Assembly (NCBI GenBank): GCA_965202585.1
Contig: OZ241834.1
Span: forward strand, 30,752,001-30,816,000
DNA length: 64,000 nucleotides
Direction of reading: 5' to 3'
From: Thalia democratica
Taxonomy: Eukaryota
The notes under the pieces were generated by a model. That model saw only the letters and a program-made list of their open reading frames with translations, searched no databases and was not told where the DNA came from. Made by a program: the position numbers and the translations under genes. Positions 1-12,423 of this stretch are shown piece by piece (positions within the stretch are counted from its first letter, which is position 1; every line of letters starts with the position of its first letter).

Positions 1-1159
1 TACCACAGTTGCCAGAATAGTTTTAACCAGATTAAAGCCACACGTATTTAAAATACAAATACAAGTTCAAAAGTTCTGGCAACTCTTGAGTCAACACTAA
101 GTAAACCACTGTTGAAGAGCGGTTTAACACATTGTTTATTAAACTAGTCATTAAAATATAAAAGAAGTTCGATTTTTATGCATTTTTTACTGTAAAATAA
201 TATATCAATTATCAAGCCCGCAAAGCAAAAACATTTTGCCTTGAACGTAGTTTTCAGCTTAAAAGTATTTGTACAAGACTATTGTTGTTTTAAAACTAAA
301 ACTTTTTTAAAACAAACACTTAATAAATACTCTTAATTTAATTTTCAGCGTTTGGTAGTGCAACTAAATGTTTATTTCTTACAAAGATTTTCTTTAAAGT
401 TTTAAAGCATACAATAGTTTTCAATTAAGACAAAGTTGTTTTATAAATAGTCCTGCCAGATAAGAAAATTAAGCAGCTAACTACAAAGGTTGCTCAGAAA
501 GCAAGCTACTCAAAATTACTAGCTGCAGAAACTTTATTTTACGATCATAACCTAACAACTCGAATGTTAGAATAATTTGTAAATACCCTTATATAACCTA
601 AGTGCAGTTTTATCTTAAGTTTCGGTTTGTTTATAAAGTTTGTTGTGCTTAAAGTTAAAGTTTCTTAGATTGTTATATGTTTTAAATATTTTGTATTCTC
701 AAATAGTTATAATTCGATTTTTTTTAATTGGACAAAGTAATTTAATCACTTTAACTTATTGAAATTAACTAAACTTTTAAAACAAAGTAAAGAGCAAACT
801 AATTCTTTGATATATAGACAGCTTCAAACTAAAGTAGCTTATCATAAGAAATTAATTAAAACTAAGTTTGCTTTAAAACAAAAACTTTAGTTTAAAAAAA
901 CATTAGAACTCACTGTTCTTTTATTTTAAAATAATGAAGAGAGCTGTAATATAAAATTTTCATAGCTTAGTAGATATTTTAGTTTAAACTACTTTTATAG
1001 CTTTAAAAAAACAAAGTTTACTAAGTTTTTGCTTGACTTTACGTATATAATTCAAAAAGAAAAAACAAAAGTCTTATAATATAAGGATTATTTGAATAAT
1101 AAGTTGAATAACGCGTTTTTACAGTTTTTTATTTCTTTTTTTATGAATGTAATAGTTTT

Positions 1160-1352
1160 TTTATTTAATCCGCGGTTCCAGCAATGTATAACAGGAATTT
1201 AAAAGCGTCATATGATTTCAACAAAACCAAGCTTGTGGAAATTTTAAATAGTAAATTAGGTTTTCAAGTAAAAATTTTTCTATGCAGTTAATTCAACCAC
1301 TAATTCGAATTTTACATAACAAAAAATCATATGATTTTTTTAAACCGAACAT
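1160..1352 (+). repeat. Old dispersed repeat/duplication, copy a
   Basis: Collinear blocks shared with 3238-3434 (CCGCGGTTC/CTGCGGTTC; AACCACTAATTC..TTTTACATAA..ATCATATGAT; AAACCGAA). Confidence 0.6.
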
Positions 1353-2570
1353 ACTTGGAAGGTTTAAAAAAAAAAAAATTTTTATGCTTGATAAAAAAAC
1401 TATTTATAAAATTTAACTAATTAGAACTAATAATAAAAAACTTATTTAAATTTTTAAATCTCTATGAATATCTAGTTGAAAGTTTTGAATTGTTATATAG
1501 ATCTAAAACAAAGCACAAAATAATATAACAAAAAAGTTAAGTTTATTTTGTTATATAACTAAGCTTAAATTCATCTGAAGCATTAATATATAAAATAAAA
1601 CTTTTAATTTTGAAATAAAAAATTCACTTGCAATTCAAAAAAAAATCATTGCAGCTAATTAAAAAAATGTATTGTGCTGTGTATATATAAATAGTAATTT
1701 AAAGTTTTATCATTACCAACGTGGTATTATTACCAACCAGTCATATTTACTCATATATATAATTTTAACTTAGCATTCTATTTAAAATCAATTCCATTTA
1801 AAAATAATATTTTGAACTATTCATATTTATAGTTTAAATTTAATAACAAAATAAATGTGTTCGTTTAGCTCAAAGTTTTATTAAAATAGGAAAGTAGGTG
1901 TATTTACACATACCTACATAGTACAAACCTAGAAAAAAAAGTCCTTCGGTATATTTAAATTGTTAAGGTAGCTAAATAACAAAGTTTTTTATACCGTTTA
2001 AATTTAGTAATTACTTATATTTTAGTGTATTTTGACGATGATTATCAAAAAGTGAAAAAATTGAAGATTTTTTCTAAAGAAAGTTTTTAATGAAAAAGAA
2101 AGAATTTAAATTTATTAATTAACTTATATTTTTCGGCGTTGCAATGGTCATTTGTTGAAAAGCGTATTTGTTGAAGAGCGTATTTGAATTTTTAATTACA
2201 AAAAATTTACGATACAATCTAATACCACAAACCTAAAATGACAGTTATAAGCTGTTTATTAGAATACTTCTTCTTACTATGTAATAATTCTAAAAACTTC
2301 ACATAAAATAAGAACACTTATTGTAACAAAACTATAAAACCGAGTTGTTTTACACCAAGTACATATTATTTTTTATTTACACTTATCTTTGAACAACAAC
2401 TTTCAAAAGCCTAACAGCAAATTTTGCGTTTTTATTTATAGTCTTTTACTACATCTTTAATATAAAGTACAGTTTTTTAGTAATTGATAAACACATTAAA
2501 TTTAGAAAACTAGTAGTTTGTTGCTTAAGTTTTCAGCTAAAACTAAATTGTTTAAATAAACATATATATA

Positions 2571-2690
2571 GTTTATTGAACGACAAAAAAGACGCTCAAA
2601 ATATTTTTGGTCCTAAGACCTGGTGCACGAAAAAACCTTTCGGTTATCGAGTCGCACACCACGGATACCTTTTTACGTCTTGCCCAGAAC
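2571..2690 (-). repeat. Dispersed structured ~120-bp element, copy 1 (SINE-like or SL/snRNA-like)
   Basis: Closely similar to copies at 5944-6062 and 17685-17807; the minus strand folds with G-U pairs and a GAAA tetraloop. Confidence 0.8.
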
Positions 2691-3237
2691 AAATAAAAAT
2701 TTAAAATAATTTCCAGGACACATAAAAAAAAACGTTTGTATGTAACCGTCTAAATTTCAAAAAAAAATTGACAGGAAGTGACTGCATATTTAAAGCAAAA
2801 TTATTTAATATAACATTTTATAGAACCGAGTTGAAATTTCAATAGGTAAACAAAATATTTGTTACATAAAAGTAAAACCACATACCCATATAACTTTTAA
2901 AGAAAGAACCTAGCGAAATAAATCTTTTAAAGACTAGTTGATTTTTAAACAAAATCTTTAGTTTAAATCTATAAAAGTAGAGTGAAAAAGTACATTAGGT
3001 GATGTTTATTTTTAAATCATTCAAAAAATTGAATTGTCAATTATATTGCAAGTTATAATAATTTTATGTGCTACTTAAATAAGAATTTTATTATACAAAA
3101 TTTACTTGATTTGTTAATCATTTTTTATATATAAACCAAAAACTAAAATAATTTTTCTAATTTTTAACGGTTTATTGTAAAAAAAAAAGCTGTATAACGT
3201 GATTTTACAACACTTGTTTTTTTACGTAAGTAATTTT

Positions 3238-3434
3238 TTTTAGATTTAGTCTGCGGTTCTAAATATTAAGTACGGAATTTGAAAACATCATGTGGCTCGA
3301 TCGAAACTGAGGTTTTGGGGAACATTAAACATTAAATGTCATTATTAAATTATAAAATATGTTCCGTTCAACTATTTAACCACTAATTCAATTTTTACAT
3401 AAGAAACATCATATGATATAGCGAAAACCGAAAC
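3238..3434 (+). repeat. Old dispersed repeat/duplication, copy b
   Basis: See copy a; a further shared block ACTTGCA.TTCAA....AATCATTGCAG lies near 1626 and 3577. Confidence 0.6.
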
Positions 3435-5943
3435 TATCTAATAAATTATTATATCAAAGTTTCAATTTGTTATCAATAAGCCAAAAAAAAAGTAATGGAA
3501 AAATGGTTTGTTATTTTATTAAAATTATACTCAGTTCTTAATTAAACTTTTGTGAAATTTTTAACATATAATTTCTACTTGCATTTCAACAATGAATCAT
3601 TGCAGTTTAATTAGCAAAAGCATTATTTATTTTCTTTTAATGTTTTACTTCTAGACTAAGAGTTTATTTTAATTTTATATGATCATAAAACAAATTTTCA
3701 AGTTATTTAAGTTTAAAGTTTAATGTTGTTAACGATATAAATTTATTGATTAAGATAAAAACTTTATAAATTTGTCAAAAACACGTGTATACAACAAACA
3801 TACGTGCTCACATAGTGAGAACTGCATTTAGCAAAAAAGTTCTTTGATGTAGTTGCATTATTGCAGCAGCTAAACAACAAAATAAAAACCATAAGACATT
3901 AGTGAAGTTACATTAAGCATTTAGCAATATTTTTAATATCCTTTTGTTGTGCTGATCAAAAGATAGCAAAACCCCAAATTTTTTTCTTGTTTTAGGATTT
4001 TACAAAATAACATTAATTTTTTTTCTGTTGATCTAAAAACTAAAACTCGAATGATAAAAATTGGTAAAAGAAATTTAAACTGAAAATTTCAAACAGTTTT
4101 TTAACTTTATTTGTACAACTTACTAAGCAAATTTTAAAATTTCAAAGTGTATTTTGATTATTACCGTTTAGAAAATAAGCTAAATAAACTGCTGCTACAA
4201 TTTTTTTTCATTGTCACTTTTTCAAAAAGTAACACATTTTATAAAAAAGTAACAGCTTGGTTATCAAGTTTTCTTGTTTAGAGAGTATAACTTTGATGTC
4301 CTATAACTTATATAAACAGTACTTATTTTAGAAATATAAAAAATATATATAGCTAATATAGCTTGTTAAAATATAGCTTCTTATCGACCGAAATTACATA
4401 AATTTCCGCTTTAAATAAACTACTAATAGCTTATCATTTTGCAAGCAGAAACAAAAAATAATCTTGTACAGCAGAAACAATTTTTTACATAAGTACTAAT
4501 TTGTGTGCTGTTTTCTAAAAAGAAGAAAACAAAGTATTTAAAACTTATATTCAAAGATTCTTTAAATATAATTTTGAAGACAATTTTTTTAAACTTATTA
4601 AAACACTTTAATAAATCTGCAAGGTTGACAAAGCTTTGCAAAAACTTAAATCAGTTAATAAATAAAAAAATATATTTTATAATTAATAAGAAATGGTACT
4701 AACTATAAAATTTACAGTTAAATTTTTAAATCTTTTTTTTCTACTAACCAGTTTTGACGCGTCATGACGTTATAAAGTTGAGGAAAATTATAACAACTTA
4801 ATGTTTTTTTTATTTTTAGCACTTACCAACTTACGTATGAATTTTTTATTATTAAAAATTTCATTAGTATTTTAATTAGTAGGTTTTACTCCGTAGTTTC
4901 TATCTTTTTATCACGCGTCGCCCATACTACTTACTAAATATTTATAATATATACGTATATATATGTACTTAGTATTTAAAATAATATTTACATTTCTATT
5001 ATTTGATTTTATTTGTGGATTAAACATAGGTTTACACCAATATTTTTATAAACACAAAACACTTATCAATGTTTCACATTATAGTAATATTTTTACAACT
5101 TAAAAGACATTGTTTAAAAGTTTTAAAACTCAAAAATAAGTTTGATAGTATAAATTAAAAAATAATAATTTTTTTTCTTCAATAAATTATAAAAATTATG
5201 TTTTCATTTAAACTTTTAGGTTTTAATGCTTTAATTCTAACCATAGAATTTTATCAAAATAATTGTTATCAAAAAAGAGTTTTTTTTATTAATACCATAA
5301 AAGTAAAAAAGTAACAATTAGCTATTTAACTACTATATGTTTTTTATTAAGTCAGTAGTAATTTTGTTCATATTCATTTAAAAAATTAACATTTTCTGTT
5401 TAATTTTTTACTTGAATATTGATAACCCTGATATTTTAGGCTATGAATTAAATTAAAGTTATAAGTACAATTAAAATTTAATAAAAAGTTTTACATTTTA
5501 AATTCTTAGTTTTTATTTGTTACATTAAACTTAAAAAAAAACATTTTACATAATTTTCATTAAATAGTTTAAGAATTATTATAATATCAATTAACTTCTG
5601 TCCAGTATTACGATTATTCTTAGCTATTTTTAGTAAAAAAAAGGCTTTTTATTACAAATACATTTACATAAAAAATCTAAATTTTTTATAGTTATGTTCT
5701 TATAATTATGCTTATTATAGTTATCTCTGCGTTATTAATGACAATTATAAATAAATCAGTTATATACTACACATACTTCTTATATAAAAAGCTTGATACA
5801 TAAACTTATTGTACATTTAATAAGATAATTATAAACCTTAAAAGCATATAAAGTTTAGTTTTGCTTTTGGGATCTTTTAGTGAGTATTAAAGTATAAATC
5901 TACTACGACAGTATTCGGAGATATTACCATGAAACATTATAGT

Positions 5944-6062
5944 GTATATTGAACGAAAAAAAAACGCTCAAAATGTTTGGTCCTAGGACCTGGTACACTA
6001 AAAAACTTTTCGGTTATCGAGTCGCACACCACTTAGATACCTTTTAACATCTTGTCCAGGAT
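5944..6062 (-). repeat. Dispersed structured element, copy 2 (more decayed)
   Basis: Same core TTTCGGTTATCGAGTCGCACACCAC on the + strand; two stem mismatches. Confidence 0.8.
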
Positions 6063-7057
6063 TGTAAATATTAAGCAAAAGTATTTTTTAAAATTTCCTA
6101 AAGAGTTAACTTCGTATAAACGAATATTTAAACAGTATCGTTTTAAACTTTAAATCTAAAAGTAAACTTCGTTTTGAGCACATGAATTCTAATTAAAAAA
6201 CATTGTATAGCTACACGCTTCTAAAACTGAAATTTTTTGAGGGAATTTTATCCTATTAATTCATTGCGTCTTCTCTTGGGTATTCTTAGTATTGTGCTGG
6301 CATTCTGAAACTGTTTTCTGATTGCAGTGATCCTGAGAACACTACTATATTTAATAGAGTACAAACATTAACAAGTAAAATTTATTATATGAATTAAAAA
6401 CTATTACAAAATGAATGACATTGAAAACTGCAAAGTTGTAAGCTTTCAAAACATGTAGAAATAATACTAGCAATGCAGTTATAAGCTATATTTGGTTGAT
6501 TAAAACCTTTTAAAACAGTTGTAAAAAGGTTGTATATGTAAATAAACAATAAAAAACTTTACGAGCATTGAGTGTAAATTAATAAAATGCTTAATAAATT
6601 AATTTTGCGAACAGGTAAGTATATTTTTTCATTCAATTAAAGCTAAGTGATTTATTACAAGGCGATAATAATAAACCTAAATGTCTTCAAAATTCTTTTA
6701 TAGCTCTTAAAGTGGATTATTTAAATTTGTAAAGCAAATGTCCAAGGTTTGATTTACAACCTTAAACGTGTTAGAAGTTTAAATTGAATTCGGCATTTAT
6801 TTAATACGGAATTTTATCACCAATTCAAACAACAAAATTCCGACAAAACAAACAAAATGTCCACTAATATGTTTGCAATTAATAAACAATGTTTACAAAG
6901 CGAGCTTTATGTAGATAATAAAATTGTTTTCGCTAACCAAAATTAGTGTCACTGTCACGCTAATGATTAATTGATTTCGTTAATAATTAAACTTACCGTA
7001 AAAAATTAAAGTTGTTTTTTTTCGAGTAGTAGCAAATGTTGTAGTATAAACGACAAA

Positions 7058-10000
7058 ATGGTGAAATACAATTTCAATCTTTTTGTTTTAATAACTTTAG
7101 TTTTGGTTTATATAAGTAAAGCAAGAGTTATTTACGAAGGGTTAGTTACTTAGTTGACAAAACTAAGTTATAACTTAAGGAACCTTTTTTACCTATGAAA
7201 ATGTTGATATTCAACACAATATACTACATTTTTGTACATTTTTAACAAACGTAATTATGTATGAATTTAAAAATTCTTTTGCATAATGAAATAATTTATA
7301 TTAAGCGCATAATATATTAAACTACCATATTTATACAAAATAATATTTTTGAGATTTGGAAGAAAGATTTTATCGATTTAGACATTAAAAGTTATGTAGG
7401 GTTCGTAAAAAAAGTATTTATTTTCAAAATATTAAAATGATTGTTTGTTTTAAGCTTAAAAAAATTATTACTAAAATTTACACCTTTAAATGTTAATTTT
7501 AATGTTGTTTAATAAATTTTAGAAGTCAAGTTTGGAAGTTGACACCAAAAAACGAAGATGAGTTAAATGTACTTAAAGAGTTTGTCAAAATCAATGATCC
7601 ATTTGTAAGTTTTAATTAACTGTGTAGACCTTACTTAAAAAGCGTGAAGTTATAGTTGTTTTTAATGAAGCTTTGTCAAAATAATACAAACTAAAGGCTA
7701 GAAGTTTTGAGTGTATATATCAAAAAAAGTTGCACTTACTATCAATATATACTTTATTTTTTAGAGAAAAAATTAAGTTTTGCTACTTTTAAAAGTCATT
7801 AGTAAATTAACTTTAAAACCTTGTATAATAAAAAACTCAAGCTACAACTAAATGTTTTTTTTCACAACATTTGGTTGTTAGTTTTCATCACAAACAGCTA
7901 ATTCAATCCTTGTTAGATAATTTTTTAAGTGTAAACATGATGTCAGATAAAATTTAAATTGTAGTTTTTTTATTATTATTAATAAACTTCTCAGATAGAT
8001 GTTTGGCAACCTTCGAGCGTCATCGGCCGCTCCTCAGACATCCTGATATCTTCGGACAAGCTATCAACATTCAGGGATGAACTCTCCGGAAAGCTGGAAG
8101 ACTTGAGGGTGATGATCCCCAACGTGCAGGGACTGGTCGAAGATCAGCAGGCAGAGATGAGGAGGCAGGAGAGAGTGGAGCTGAGAGATCTAAACGATTT
8201 CAATTATTCAAGATACCACACTCCTGAAGAGGTATTAGTTGTTTTTCTTGAAACAGAAAATATGTGCATTTGAGTCTAATAACTTTCTGGATTTACAAAA
8301 ACGATGTTGTTATACTTAAAACTTCAAACTTTTATGATTTTACGCAAAGTTTTCTAATCTAGTTTGTTTTGACTGGACATTTAGATAATTCTTTAATTAC
8401 AATGTTACCATGATTCAATATTTTGTCTGAAGTTTTTTTTCTACAAAGTTTTAAGTTGTTTATATTAGTAAAAATTTTCAAATTTATGCTATACTATTTA
8501 AACAAGGTTTTATAAAAAAAATCAAAAGTCGACTCTTACTGACATGAATTTATGGTATTTTTATTTACAATATTTGACTGTCACAATAACTTTGTAAAAT
8601 ATACTGAAGGTTAATGAATTTTTTGACAAATTTGTTTACTTTAGATTTATTTTTATTACCACAACAAAAACTCTGCATTGCTTTTGCTTTGCAAAATACT
8701 GTTTAATGGTGAAAATGTTTAATGTTTTTGACTAACTGAAGTTTTATACAAATATCGTTAATTTTAATTGATTTGTAAGGGTAACTAGTATTGTAGGGTA
8801 GCTATCAAAATTGCACGAGGGTAGAAAATTGCACGAAGATACTTTTGCACAACGACACTTTTGCACGAGGGGATAAAAATGCAAAATTGCGTTTAGTAAC
8901 CTCGTGCAATTTAGAGCCGTTTCCAGTATTGTATTAAAGGGATGAAAGATATTGCATTTTACACAAATTATTGAGCGTAAGAAATAAAGGTTAAAGTTCA
9001 GTTTAAATCAGGGTTTCCAAAAAAGGGCCATATCAGAAATTAATAGGGCCATAAGCTGCTAAGGGGCCATGATGCCATTATTTGAATCTAACACTAGATA
9101 TTTTAGAATTGATGATGAAGAGCAAAAAAAGGTTCTTTAAAAAAAAAGCGTATTTAAGGTTAGTTTTTTGAGAAGTCCTGTCGGAAGGGGCCATAGCTAT
9201 TTTATTTCTTTAAATAAGGCCTTATGAAAAAAAAAGTTTTGAAAACCCTGGTTTAAATAGTGGCTTGATATAACCAAAAATTATAAGTTCATATTGTGAA
9301 AAATATACATACTGAGTATAAACTGTATTGTCCTAGAAAAAATACATTTAAGAGTTTTGCAATTTTACACACTTTTACAGATACAAGAATGGATGGACTT
9401 GGTTACAGAGGCGTTCTCACCGGTGGTCACCCAGTTTCAGGTGGGCACCACTTACGAGGGCAGGAAAATAAACGCGCTGAAGGTGCAGACGGACCCGAGC
9501 GTAAGCAAGAGAGCCATATACGTTGACGGACTCACGCACGCCCGAGAGTGGATCACCGCTGCATCTATCTTGTACGCTTTCGCTCAGGTAAACTAAATAA
9601 AGGCTAAACCATAAAATGCATTTTAATGAAATAATTTTTGCTCAGGCAAATCGAAAATTATTATATGACCTTTTAATTGACTAAGTGATACATCACCTTT
9701 TTGTTCATTTTGTTTTTAGTTTATTGTTCTTCAAAACTGATAGTATATTTTTAATAGTCTGATTTGTTATGTTTCAAATAGTTTTCATTTAGTTTGATGT
9801 AGTTCTAAACTTCTATAAAACAAAAATTAATACTTACTAATTTAAAACTGATTTTTTTAATTTTAAAACTTCTTTATTTTTTAAGATACTGACTGACCCG
9901 GACCTAGCGTACATGGCCGATACCGTGGACTGGTACATCGTCCCGATGGTCAACATTGACGGTTACGCGCACACTTTTACCGGAGGAATTGTTAGTTTTT

Positions 10001-11593
10001 CTATTCAAATAAGTATATATGTGTTATTTAACGTAATTGATATATTAGGAGGAACGTTTGTGGAGGAAAACGAGAAGCAAAGGGGTGAACTTGGAGGCAG
10101 GCAGCACTTGTCAGGGAGTTGACCCAAACAGAAACTGGAATTACCACTGGGCAGGTAACAATGTTTGATACTCATACTAGTTAAGTTAAAAAGAATAAAA
10201 TATAAAATAGGAAACGTTTTAGATTTGTGCTTAGTATCTACTCTCCTTAACTAAAGGTCTTAAATATTTCATAAATGTAGTAGAAAAAAGCGAAATTCTA
10301 AGAAGTTACTAAACAGACTAAAGGAGTTATTAGAAAAAAAAAGTTTTGAAAATCAACTGTCGAATATTTTTGTTAAACTTTCAAAATCATACTAAAAACA
10401 AATAGAATCACTGATAAGTTTTTTATTATTTCAAATTGCACAGAAGTTCTACTTAGGATAAACTAGAAACACATCGTTTAATTAAACTTCAATTTTATCT
10501 TCGTTACAACAACTGCAACGTGTGAAAAATAAACGTAACTCAAACTTAAAGTCCCCAATAGTACTAAATATAACCTTTTAAATAATTATTCAGAGGTCGG
10601 AGCGTCTCCCTTCCCGTGCGACCTGACGTACCACGGACCAGTGGCCTTTTCCGAGTCCTGCACCCGCCACCTGTCCTACTTCATAGAAGCCAACAGTGAC
10701 GTCATAGACACGGTCATCACCGTCCACTCGTACGGCCAGTACCTCCTCTACCCGTACAACTTCGACCTGGTGACCGTGCCGGCGAACCAGGCCCTGCACG
10801 TGAGTTGAAGCAACTATCGTAAAAGGCAGAAAGTTTGCTTTTTGAACGTTTTTATGGGCTGTTTTTGTTATTGTAAAGGCTAAATATGCCTTTTAGAGTT
10901 GAAACTGTTGTAATGTGTTTTAGTAAAATACCAAACTTTCGTAAAATTTTTTTTTTCTAGACTGCTTTCATTTAAATTAAGGCTAAACACATCTCGTTTA
11001 TGTATACTAAAATGTATAAGTTTAGTTGTTAAATGTTTTTTTAAAGGACCAACTCGGACAAGACATGTATGACGCAATAAAGGCTTTGTACGGAACCGAG
11101 TTCACTTTTGGTCAAGGCGGTCAAACTATATGTAAGTTTTAATTGACCAGTAGACTACAAAAAATATTTGCTTGTCTTTGAAGTGTTCTAATTAGCTTAT
11201 AAATATATTTTTTTATACCACATCTATGAACTATTGTTTTAAAACAGTTGAAATTTACGAGTTTTCAAAGCAGCATAAAACTGTGAACTAAAACTTCTTT
11301 TAATTTTTAAAACCAAAAAAAGTAGTTCAAAATCAACTTTTTTAAATTACAAAAATTTTTGTGTCGTTAATAATTTTCGGTTTTATTATTAATCAACAGA
11401 CGAGTGCAGCGGAGTGACCGCGGACTGGACGGCCGGGGTGGCAGGAATTCCAATCAACTGGACCATCGAGCTCAGAGATCTGGGCCAGTACGGTTTTCTC
11501 CTCCCAGAAGACCAAATAGTGCCCTCTGGCGATGAGTTTTTGGCCGCTCTAAAAGTTTCCGTCGCTCACTACCAAACTTCTGTGAATAAATAA
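7058..11593 (+). CDS. M14A zinc metallocarboxypeptidase (procarboxypeptidase A/B-like), 9 exons, 434 aa, signal peptide + activation peptide + catalytic domain
   Basis: Manually joined GT-AG exons 7058-7140, 7523-7604, 7995-8231, 9381-9587, 9886-9990, 10049-10154, 10594-10799, 11047-11131, 11400-11593 (1305 nt, phases consistent, ends TAA). Hydrophobic N-terminus MVKYNFNLFVLITLVLVYISKA; pro-region RVIYEGSQVWKLTPKN; zinc ligands HARE (H69/E72) and HSY (H196); WRKTR (R127), PNRN (N144/R145), Y248, TIELRD (E270), GFLLP. Confidence 0.95.
8808..8912. repeat. Short inverted-repeat element with internal TTGCAC(G)A repeats (MITE remnant)
   Basis: 13-bp IR AAATTGCACGAGG / CCTCGTGCAATTT enclosing three further TTGCAC copies; no TSD verified. 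Confidence 0.5.
9009..9250. mobile_element. hAT-family MITE (Buster/Charlie-like) in carboxypeptidase intron 3
   Basis: TIRs CAGGGTTTCCA / TGAAAACCCTG; perfect 8-bp TSD GTTTAAAT on both sides (NNNTANNN pattern); internal GGGCCAT subterminal repeats; 242 bp, non-coding. Confidence 0.9.
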
Positions 11594-11683
11594 TATTTTT
11601 CTGATTGTTTTTGATAAACTCGTACTTTTTCGAGCTTTTTGTAATAAAGTATTTTCTGAAAATTTACTGCTGTTTTAAATAAA
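11585..11683 (+). promoter_or_regulatory. Candidate polyadenylation signals of the carboxypeptidase gene
   Basis: AATAAA at 11585-11590 (overlapping the last codons), 11643-11648 and 11678-11683. The background is AT-rich, so specificity is low. Confidence 0.4.
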
Positions 11684-12247
11684 TCAAGTTTTGCATAGAT
11701 TTTGAAATACAACAAGATATATATTTGTTTGATATATGTCTTAAATAATAACTCTTAGAAAGTTTAATTTGTCTAACAGCTTAACTAAAGATCTTATTTA
11801 GTTTTTTAAAAGAAAATAATGAAGTGTGTAGTTTTCAATGACTTCAGTAGTAAAAACAGCAAAACTCAAAAATATTAAGAATATTTATAAATAAGGACTG
11901 TAGGATGACTTACAGAATTTATCATCTGTTTAAAATCTTTGTAAAAAAAGTTGCTAGTGGGCAAAAGTGTTTGAAAAAAAGAATGACCTTTGTATCAAAA
12001 ACTAAATCAATCTTGTTAATATTTGGACATTGTGAGTAGTTTTTGGTTATAAACAGTAGCAGTGTTTTAAACAAACCAAAGAACCTTAAAGTTTTAAAAA
12101 GCTGTTCATAGTAGATCACTAAAAACAAGACTTTGTGCACATGAGGTAATTTAAAAAATTTAAAATCTATTTATCAATGATTCATAAACGATTGAATACC
12201 TATTTTCTACTATGTTTATAAAACAAGCTCAAGTTAAATACAGTGAA

Positions 12248-12253
12248 TTTTAT
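12248..12253 (-). promoter_or_regulatory. Candidate polyadenylation signal of the dynein gene
   Basis: AATAAA on the minus strand about 170 nt after the TGA stop. Confidence 0.35.
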
Positions 12254-12423
12254 TGTGTTTGCAAAGTACGTATGATAAGATTAAGTTTTACACAGTAAAT
12301 AAAATGACAGTAAAATTTTCACAGTAAAAATATTGAAGACACACTGTAAATATGTTAATTTTCACAGTAATTTGAAGTTAAACACAGCAAATATTTCAAA
12401 GTTACAAAACAGATTGAATATTA

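Noticed and set aside
7-84. 11-bp inverted repeat AGTTGCCAGAA / TTCTGGCAACT at the window edge
   Set aside because: Too short, with no TSD and context truncated by the window boundary.
2650-2672. GTATCC in the structured repeat resembles a U12-type 5' splice site, and ATTTTTGAGCG resembles the U12 snRNA Sm region
   Set aside because: Positions +7 onward do not match GTATCCTTT, and the rest of the element does not match U11/U12 snRNA length or sequence as I recall them.
3804-3951. Two putative minus-strand micro-exons (3912-3951, 3804-3869) that splice in frame to QQKDIKNIAKCLICCNNATTSKNFFAKCSSHYVS
   Set aside because: The intron would be only 42 nt (the shortest confirmed here is 58), there is no recognisable homology and no flanking exons were found.
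6240-6620. GC-richer patch at 6240-6370 and a + strand CAG|GTAAGT donor near 6614
   Set aside because: Cannot be assembled into a gene; it may be a UTR exon, but the sequence alone does not support a call.
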